Shown here: in pieces, positions 8,801 through 14,834 of the stretch
Layout of the letters: every line of letters begins with the position of its first letter
Numbering within the stretch: position 1 is the first letter of the stretch
NCBI GenBank assembly: GCA_041242255.1
Contig: JBESAV010000001.1
Location: 448,001-512,000, forward strand
DNA length: 64,000 bases
Direction of reading: 5' to 3'
Source: Candidatus Altimarinota bacterium
GTDB taxonomy: Bacteria; Patescibacteriota; Gracilibacteria; UBA1369; GCA-2718715
Translations under genes and position numbers: made by a program
Notes under the pieces: model-generated
Seen by the model: the letters and a program-made list of their open reading frames with translations, nothing else
Database searches by the model: none
Told to the model about the DNA's origin: nothing

Positions 8801-11181
8801 GAGGTTAAAAAGTTTTCTCTGAACTCATACCTATATTGTTGCTGAGAAGTTTTCGAAACAGGATCATAGTAAAACCCATCTTCTATTTTTTCATAATAAG
8901 TTCCATAAATAGTTGCAGTCACACCTTTTCCAGTATCTGGATCACCGATGAACTCACTTCTGTAATAACCCCTCGAATCAGAGGTGGCATTTGCTAGGTT
9001 AACTTCATTAAGTTTTGCAGTGAGATTATATAAATCATCATCACTAGAAACATCATTTATTAATTGCATATAAACATCTTCCTCAAACACCAAAACTTCA
9101 GTCTGTGCACTTATCTCTCCTTGTTCAGGACTACCAGTTCTAAGGTAAATATTTCTAGAGTTTGGTCCATAACTAAATTCATCATCAGATCTATATGCAG
9201 TCGCACTGATAACTCCTTGTCCGTTCTCATCTAACTGCAGAGTGCTTTCTGAATTGTTGTAGTAATTTTGAGAAATATAATCACTGTACTGAACTTCTAG
9301 ATTTGGCACAGGTGTTCCATCAAAGAACTTAGCCTCAACCTCAATATCAACTGTTTCACCAGCAAACATGGAGTCTCGACTAGGAGTAGCAATCAACTGG
9401 TAAGCCGGCGTCTCAAAATCAACAATCTGCAAGCTCGAAGTAGAAATCACTTCATCATCTTTCTCTACTTGTAGTGTGTAGTAACCCGGTTCAATACCCT
9501 CAAAACTCAAAGATCCTTTAATCGTATCAAAGCTACTCACAACCGCCGTAGAAGAGGCAAGTTTATTATCATCCCAGTAACCATAGTAGTAGTAACTTCC
9601 ACCAGTCAAACTAACAGTTACTTTATCATTTTTTAGATCATCCTCTCGACCTTTAACCACTCCCCAAAAGTTTATCTCATCCGTAGGCCTATAAACATAA
9701 CGATCACTACTCAAGAAATTCCAATATCTATCAGCTTTAGGATAATAAAAACCATACCAGTTTGAATCTTCCATCATACTCAAATATGTTTCACCATTCC
9801 ATTCAACCATAAACGAACTAGGCCTATTATCTCCCATACCTTCAGATCTTTCTTTAAGGTAATCAGGCGCATTGTAATTCAATAATCCTTTCTCATTAGT
9901 TCGACCAAGGTCAGTAGTCTCACCACCTCCGATCAAACTAACATCAGCTCCATCCAAGAAAGATCCATTCTCAAAATCATACAACCATAATAACCCCGTT
10001 TCACTTGTATAAGTGTAGTAGTGGGCTAGGGGAGAAACCTGGAACCAAACAATCGACCTATCTCCATTATTACTATTTTCAATCTCAATTGCATATGTCC
10101 CAGTTTCCAGCTCATCTGCTAGATAAAGCACTCTTGAGTAATTTTGCTCAACAATCTCCGGCGAAACCTCATATAGTTTTGTAGCTTTCTCCAAACTCAA
10201 CTCATCATCAAAACTATTTTTATAAATTGAAGTCCAGTACCAGTTCCAATTCTTACTCTGACCATACTCTTCCATAAAGTCCTCAGTCGATTCGTATCTA
10301 TAAATACTTGTCGTATAATCTTCGTTAAATCCTTCTGTATCTAGCTCAGTATAACCAATACTAAAGAACTTATCTCCTCCTGGGAAAAAGCTTTCGTAAT
10401 CACTCCAGAAATTGATACCTCTTTCATTATAAGCCTCTGAAGATGTTTCAAATGTAAACACAAAGTCCTCTCCAAAGCTAGAATCTCTCTCATCAAACAA
10501 AGCTTGATCAACCGTCACAGTGTAAACTGTACCTTCTTGCATCCCAGCATGCACCAAAACTAGTTTCTCATCTTCTACTCGCACATCATAGTCCAAACTA
10601 GGCTCCACACTCACAAAACTAGCATCACCTTCAGTAACATCTTCGTTAAATTCAATCTCTATCGAAGAATCAATTGGCACATACGTCCCTCTGTTTCTTG
10701 GTAAACTAGATATCACCTGAAAGTCAGCTTCCACAGCAAAAGCCCAAGAATAATCTCTATTAGACTCTATGTTTGCCACCAAAAGCTCACCTTTAGGCAG
10801 CTCAACACTCGGAGTTAGAGTATATGAGTAGGTAGCATTACTATTTAGCTCTGCCCCCTGTGCTTTAGCTTGAGGAATCATACTCAGTATTCCACCTTGC
10901 TTCTCAACTTTAAACTCAATTTCAGGCTCAAAACTCACCAACTCTCTCACATCACTCTCAGATAATTCAACCTTACTATCCAGTGTGAAAGAAGATCCAG
11001 CTTTAGTCACAAAGTCTTCAAAAGTATCATTAGCTCTCAAGCTAAACAAAGTTTCTTCATCACTTTTATCAAAGTCATTAATCCCACTATCAAAAAGCAA
11101 ATCTCTGTACATAAAACCAACACCCACCAAAAGAATCACCAATAGGGAAGTCACTATTGGTAGAATAAATTTCTTATTCAT
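5809..11181 (-). CDS. alpha-2-macroglobulin family protein (Ig-like + MG2 + bait-region + A2M domains) with an internal Hint domain
   Basis: N-terminal TM; MG2 motif SDRYVYRPTDEINFWG; TDKDRYRPGE and LASVDEALF; FDLPDNLTSWRISA; C-terminal GDLVRV...IDYLPSGLRP. Confidence 0.9.
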   Translation of the reverse strand: MNKKFILPIVTSLLVILLVGVGFMYRDLLFDSGINDFDKSDEETLFSLRANDTFEDFVTKAGSSFTLDSKVELSESDVRELVSFEPEIEFKVEKQGGILSMIPQAKAQGAELNSNATYSYTLTPSVELPKGELLVANIESNRDYSWAFAVEADFQVISSLPRNRGTYVPIDSSIEIEFNEDVTEGDASFVSVEPSLDYDVRVEDEKLVLVHAGMQEGTVYTVTVDQALFDERDSSFGEDFVFTFETSSEAYNERGINFWSDYESFFPGGDKFFSIGYTELDTEGFNEDYTTSIYRYESTEDFMEEYGQSKNWNWYWTSIYKNSFDDELSLEKATKLYEVSPEIVEQNYSRVLYLADELETGTYAIEIENSNNGDRSIVWFQVSPLAHYYTYTSETGLLWLYDFENGSFLDGADVSLIGGGETTDLGRTNEKGLLNYNAPDYLKERSEGMGDNRPSSFMVEWNGETYLSMMEDSNWYGFYYPKADRYWNFLSSDRYVYRPTDEINFWGVVKGREDDLKNDKVTVSLTGGSYYYYGYWDDNKLASSTAVVSSFDTIKGSLSFEGIEPGYYTLQVEKDDEVISTSSLQIVDFETPAYQLIATPSRDSMFAGETVDIEVEAKFFDGTPVPNLEVQYSDYISQNYYNNSESTLQLDENGQGVISATAYRSDDEFSYGPNSRNIYLRTGSPEQGEISAQTEVLVFEEDVYMQLINDVSSDDDLYNLTAKLNEVNLANATSDSRGYYRSEFIGDPDTGKGVTATIYGTYYEKIEDGFYYDPVSKTSQQQYRYEFRENFLTSKQGVTNGEGEFEFTFEPTEQQKDLYTSYYVILSSTDDRGVNFETKNYIGYRSFGFYDDSRITLSLNSRSQEPELKIGEEFELELDVPEEKTLQSEEYLYYGYQTAIDDFEVTPSENVSKVFKEEFIPGFAYQAVVLTETGFEDTNRVIASYDELQSELSINMQTDKDRYRPGERVEIEMEVTDVNGDPVKAEVNLASVDEALFHVLPYEYEKDILSTLYIDNIDSPQSGANKNERLEAANMDAGAEQGGCFLPGTMVLMSNGESKPIEEVRVGDQVLSFANENSGNKKIVTVQGVHSYLVDGYMIINDELEVTGEHEIFLNGKWRLAGMAEVGDELIGENGEIVRIEKIEYVNKPATRVYNLNVDKTHTYFADGIYVHNAEKGGAERSEFKDVSLFDTFETNAGGSATAFFDLPDNLTSWRISAKAFENERILAGQDNIKVPVSLPVFAATSINDTYLLEDKPVMEIRAYGEDLVIGDEIDYVLEIESLGILEEVTSSETSYGFQIEELQLGIHEAKLTVRQGDNADTLVLPFEVIESYGQRLAFEDVLIDSTGAVGLEVPAEGMVDLELATVGKGKFLPELRSGLYVVNNRLDQIVTRNYIVDLMSEQFGNNEPEKIDLNLNDYYVPDNNGLALFTYGDADLELTALVSDILGDDILKAKTSSYLREQMVNKTADIERTSIALYGLASLGENVLAELKEVARSSENTKLGEIYVALGLEKMGDKEGARAMYNNSISSDLVEGQFTQLNNLLRARIGLPVDGEALEVFESDGSVYGIAGVMAMEKVISNVELVESLVSLRIGDEVMEFDLSDGFSRYEKITKAQAEALEVESIDGEVMLVASYRESGDLAGNSQNLSISKRYLVDGVETSQFESGDLVRVVIDIEDSIYNEDEYKNYQIIDYLPSGLRPVINNVTRYQFNSETCSYNWYGGKSVGNVITFSRSSYSLERYNNCNDGEISYFARVVSDGEFKVQGAQIKEYDADNVARGEDGNITIR
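7663..8052 (-). other. Hint (bacterial intein-like) domain, 130 aa, residues 1044-1173 of the A2M
   Basis: Block A CFLPGTMV, block B VTGEH, block F VYNLNVDKTHTYFADG, block G VHN; the +1 residue is Ala; no endonuclease domain. Confidence 0.93.
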
Positions 11182-11241
11182 AAATTAAAATTAGATTTGC
11201 TGGAATTATAGCAATCTCAATTTAAATACACAAAAATTGTT

Positions 11242-12639
11242 CTAGACCAAAGTCCCTTCTAGTAACCAATCAGTCGACTTGTCCACATAAACATCAACCA
11301 TTTGTCCAATCAAACTTTCATCACCATCAAATGCAACTTCCTTGTAGTGTTCAGTCCTCCCTTGATACTTTCCAACTCTTTCATTGTATCTTTCCACCAA
11401 AACCTTCACCGTTTTTCCTTCAAACACATCATGTCTTGCTCTAGCACTTTTTCTTAGCACTTCATTCATACTGTGCCACCTTCTTTTCTTTTCCTCTCTA
11501 GAAACAGTATCTTCCATCAACATTTCTGCCGGTGTTCCTTTCCTAGGTGAAAACTGACTGATGAAAGCTAGATCAAATCCAATCTCCTCAAAAAACTCAC
11601 AACTTTCCTTAAACATCTCTTCTGTCTCACCACAAAAACCAACAATCATATCAGTTGATATAGAGCAATCAGGCATATATTTTCGAATAGTTTTCACAAT
11701 CTCCCTAAACTTCTCAGTATCATAATTACGATTCATTTTCTTCAGCATAGCATTCGAACCAGACTGCAAAGGCAAGTGAATATATGGCATCAAGGTTCTT
11801 CCGTCAGCAATGGTTTTAACAACTTCTTCAGTGATATCCTGCGGGTGCGGTGAAGTAAATCTAAGTCTCTCAAGCCCTTCAATCGTATCCAATTTCTTCA
11901 AAAGTTGCACAAAAGGATTCTCATGATACTCAAACAAACCACTTTTCTTATCTTCCCAGCTCATACCAAAACTATTCACGTTTTGCCCAAGCAAAGTAAT
12001 CTCTAAGCAACCATTCTCCACAAGCTCAAGCGCCTCTTTATAAACAGACTCAATCGGACGGCTCTTTTCACGCCCACGAGAGTAGGGAACTATACAATAA
12101 GTACAAAACTTATCACACCCAGACATGATTGGAATATACGCCTGAAAGTCATTTATATATTTAGGCTGAATCTTAAAGTAATTCTCAAGATCAGCTTCTT
12201 TCTGCTCTAATTCAGAAAACTTAGGATCAACTTCAGTCAGCAATTCACCAAGCTTAGGCAGATCAGCAATCGGAAAAACTATATCCAAACAGTCCACTCT
12301 ATTCAGCAATGGATCTTTCTCTTTTGATTTCCTAGTAGATGCAGTTCTAGTCATGCAACCAGTTATCCCAACCAATAATTTATCATTCTTCCTCTTCAAC
12401 TTCTTCATATGTTTCATCATCCCAAGCACCTTATCTTCAGCCTTCTGTTTGATAGAACAAGTATTGAATATAATGAAATCAGCCTCAGCCTCCTCTTCAG
12501 TTGGCTTATAACCATAACTTTCAAGCAATCCACTCAATCTTTCTGAATCAGAATGATTCATCTGACATCCATGAGTTCGGACCAAATACTTTAACTCTTT
12601 TTCTTCTACAAAGTTCATATCAAACTTTAAATCAATCAA
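11242..12639 (-). CDS. miaB: tRNA-i6A37 methylthiotransferase MiaB
   Basis: GCQMNHSDSE, NTCSIKQKAE and radical SAM CDKFCTYC motifs; C-terminal TRAM domain. The start may be ATG at 12618. Confidence 0.92.
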   Translation of the reverse strand: MIDLKFDMNFVEEKELKYLVRTHGCQMNHSDSERLSGLLESYGYKPTEEEAEADFIIFNTCSIKQKAEDKVLGMMKHMKKLKRKNDKLLVGITGCMTRTASTRKSKEKDPLLNRVDCLDIVFPIADLPKLGELLTEVDPKFSELEQKEADLENYFKIQPKYINDFQAYIPIMSGCDKFCTYCIVPYSRGREKSRPIESVYKEALELVENGCLEITLLGQNVNSFGMSWEDKKSGLFEYHENPFVQLLKKLDTIEGLERLRFTSPHPQDITEEVVKTIADGRTLMPYIHLPLQSGSNAMLKKMNRNYDTEKFREIVKTIRKYMPDCSISTDMIVGFCGETEEMFKESCEFFEEIGFDLAFISQFSPRKGTPAEMLMEDTVSREEKKRRWHSMNEVLRKSARARHDVFEGKTVKVLVERYNERVGKYQGRTEHYKEVAFDGDESLIGQMVDVYVDKSTDWLLEGTLV

Positions 12640-12752
12640 ATTATATAAATTTATCCAAAAAACTCAACCAATCCCAACCCCATCTACAAGCTATTCTGTA
12701 ATCCCAAAACCTAATCTACAAAACAAACATACAAATAATGCAAATACATTAC

Positions 12753-12781
12753 TTGTACACTTATTAAAAATTTGGTATAGT
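12753..12781 (+). promoter_or_regulatory. sigma70-type promoter of the putative ncRNA
   Basis: TTGTAC (12753-58), 17-nt spacer, TATAGT (12776-81) with an extended -10 TG. Confidence 0.65.
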
Positions 12782-12786
12782 TATAC

Positions 12787-13251
12787 GAAGTCCAAAGAAA
12801 AAGGCTTCACAAAAGAAGTGAGAACAGACGTAGTTGACTCAAACGGTGCGCACCCAGAGTAATAAACTCACAGATCATTTACAGACAGAGACACAGCCAA
12901 AGAGTAGAGACTGAAATCTATACTCAATCAAAACTTTTAGTTTCCCTCTTTTGCTTTGTGATTGGATAAGAACTAACCATTCTTACCCGATATAAACCCT
13001 TTGCTTGGTAGACTATTTTTTAGCCTTGTGCCTTGTCACACTATCAAATCTTCTACACAAAAACAAGCGGTCCGGTGGTAAGACTTGAAACTAACCGAAG
13101 CACAGCAAAAGATAAACTGGATAGATGGTTACTATCAATCGGAAAGCCTTCCTAGACCGAAAGTTCCCGGTGATTGACGTAATTTTTAATCACTATCAAG
13201 GGAACAGTCTAAGAAAGCCTGCCGAGGAAGACCCTTAGGGGTCTTTTTTTT
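12787..13251 (+). ncRNA. putative large structured non-coding RNA, family unassigned
   Basis: No ORF of 60 aa or more; lies between a promoter and a terminator; many local and long-range helices whose G-U pairs favour the + strand. Confidence 0.7.
13228..13251 (+). terminator. intrinsic terminator
   Basis: AAGACCC-TTAG-GGGTCTT followed by a T run. Confidence 0.8.
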
Positions 13252-13333
13252 ATGTTCTATGCTCAAAAATAAACTTACACTCTTTGCAAAAAGCGCAATT
13301 TGTGTTATCATTCTTTAATGATAATAAAAGTTT

Positions 13334-13504
13334 ATGGCCCTACTATTCACGGAGTCTAGAAAGCTATTCATAATTTTCACAACCGTTTTACTGCTTGTTT
13401 TCTCTGTATCTACACTTTTCCTCTGGGATAACCACGAAATGGGGGACATAGCCGACCACGGAAAAGCCAGCTCCCTCCACGCCCCAAGCGTAGTTCCATA
13501 TTAA
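13334..13504 (+). CDS. small membrane protein (56 aa)
   Basis: Below the track cutoff: MALLFTESRKLFIIFTTVLLLVFSVSTLFLWDNHEMGDIADHGKASSLHAPSVVPY. One TM helix; promoter-like TTGCAA...TGtTATCAT at 13284-13311. Confidence 0.55.
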   Translation: MALLFTESRKLFIIFTTVLLLVFSVSTLFLWDNHEMGDIADHGKASSLHAPSVVPY

Positions 13505-13512
13505 AATATTTC

Positions 13513-13540
13513 AAAAAAAACCAACCTTTTACAGTTGGTT
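13513..13540 (-). terminator. intrinsic terminator of 13560..13883
   Basis: Minus strand reads AACCAACT-GTAAAA-GGTTGGTT followed by a T run. Confidence 0.65.
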
Positions 13541-13559
13541 AGCATTCAAAACAAAGATT

Positions 13560-13883
13560 CTATCCACCTCCTTCTAGGAATCTTTCCCTAGTGTTTTCAT
13601 AGGTCTTAATAGCTAGATTGTACCGAGCATCGTGGTCATAACCCTCTTCGTTTTTTGTAGAAAGGTCCTCATACAATTCATCTCGAGATATACCACGGTC
13701 ATCCTGGTAGCCTCTAATTAAAAACTCTGGAAACCAAAAACAAGTTTCATTTTCCTTTTTTTCAGCTAGAGGTACATTTTTCCCATCTTCAAAACGTTTA
13801 ATGACATGAAAAATTTGAATTAGTCTCTCTTCTCTAATTGGATTAGAGATTTTAGGGAAAACATCAAAGCTTTTCAGCTCCAT
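13560..13883 (-). CDS. orphan hypothetical protein (107 aa)
   Basis: ATG with SD AAGGAG 6 nt upstream; has its own promoter and terminator. Confidence 0.7.
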   Translation of the reverse strand: MELKSFDVFPKISNPIREERLIQIFHVIKRFEDGKNVPLAEKKENETCFWFPEFLIRGYQDDRGISRDELYEDLSTKNEEGYDHDARYNLAIKTYENTRERFLEGGG

Positions 13884-13991
13884 TGGAAACTCCTTTTCTT
13901 TGTTTTTTGAATGAACATTAGTGAGAACTAAACACCACTATGGATTTAGCTTCAACATTTGCATTAAATACTTAAAAAGTTGATATATCAA
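13884..13991 (-). promoter_or_regulatory. promoter and structured leader, copy A
   Basis: TTGATA-N17-TTTAAT, hairpin 13953..13923, TGTTCATTCA box, then SD. Confidence 0.6.
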
Positions 13992-14004
13992 GTAAGGTAT
14001 CAAT

Positions 14005-14035
14005 AAAAAAAAGACCACCTTTCAAAGGCAGTCTT
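14005..14035 (-). terminator. intrinsic terminator of 14045..14374
   Basis: Minus strand reads AAGACTGCCTT-TGA-AAGGTGGTCTT followed by T6; the stem is complete (with G-U pairs) only on the minus strand. Confidence 0.75.
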
Positions 14036-14044
14036 CTGAAACAT

Positions 14045-14374
14045 TCAGTAAGATAAGTCTTCCATTAAACGTTGCCTAAAACCTTCTAAATCATCATCTT
14101 CATGCCAGAACATTGAAAATTCACAGTTTTCAATCTTCAAGAAATAAAACCCAGTTGCATCATCAAATTGAATTTCTGACAAAGCTTCTGAATTATTCAT
14201 CGCATTAAAGTTTTCAGTACTTATCCATTTGTAATAAGGCATAAACTTATAGCAACACCCACTGTCAATCAGTATAGGACTAAACCTTTCACTATAGTCA
14301 ACTAAAATTTCAATTATCCTTTTAGCCTTTTTCAGTTCAAGTCCATATCTTTGTCTACTCGTAAAGTGCAGCAT
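14045..14374 (-). CDS. orphan hypothetical protein (109 aa)
   Basis: ATG with SD AGGAGG 5 nt upstream; has its own promoter and terminator. Confidence 0.7.
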   Translation of the reverse strand: MLHFTSRQRYGLELKKAKRIIEILVDYSERFSPILIDSGCCYKFMPYYKWISTENFNAMNNSEALSEIQFDDATGFYFLKIENCEFSMFWHEDDDLEGFRQRLMEDLSY

Positions 14375-14475
14375 ACTTACCTCCTATTGTATGAATGAAC
14401 AGTTACAGAAGTTAAACTCGACAATCGATTCAACTTCATTGAGTTCATTAAAGTGTAGATGCCTGCTTTTGTCAA
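14375..14475 (-). promoter_or_regulatory. promoter and structured leader, copy B
   Basis: TTGACA-N17-TTTAAT, hairpin 14437..14408, TGTTCATTCA box, then SD. Confidence 0.6.
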
Positions 14476-14519
14476 ATCTAAGGTCTACCAGTATAATATC
14501 TAGAACCTATCAATAAAAT

Positions 14520-14834
14520 ATGAAACATTTCTTCATCACTATCCAAACCCATTTATATATAGAGGATAAACTTCAAGATTGCATCAATTTCTCTACATAC
14601 TACATTCAAGCCAAAGACGAGTCTGAAGCCACTCAATATATAAAGAAGCTTCAACCAATTACATATAAAAATATCAATGACCAAACCTGCCAGTGGAGAT
14701 TTCATCGAATTCAATCAATCGATCAATTATCAGATCTTTCAACATCAAAAGAGATCTCAGGTTTCATAGTTTCACCCCAAGACCTCCAGTCAGACTTAAA
14801 AAACTCTACAAAGCTTACTTCACAACAAAGTTAA
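14520..14834 (+). CDS. DUF4288-like protein
   Basis: 104 aa; the pattern IQAKDESEA...YKNINDQTCQWRF resembles DUF4288. Confidence 0.55.
   Translation: MKHFFITIQTHLYIEDKLQDCINFSTYYIQAKDESEATQYIKKLQPITYKNINDQTCQWRFHRIQSIDQLSDLSTSKEISGFIVSPQDLQSDLKNSTKLTSQQS

Noticed and set aside
12890-13212. Group I intron (CAGCCAA, GTAGAGACTG and GAACAGTCT resemble the Q, R and S elements)
   Set aside because: I could not build P3/P4/P6, there is no interrupted host gene, and these segments fit better in local hairpins. cmscan would settle it.
12787-13251. tmRNA, RNase P RNA, SRP RNA or T-box leader
   Set aside because: No tRNA-like ends, no GAGGAAAGTCC, no SRP loop motif on either strand, and no synthetase gene downstream on the same strand.
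13908-14452. Integron attC sites
   Set aside because: The hairpins lie between promoter and SD, lack the RYYYAAC/GTTRRRY core boxes, and there is no integrase in the window.
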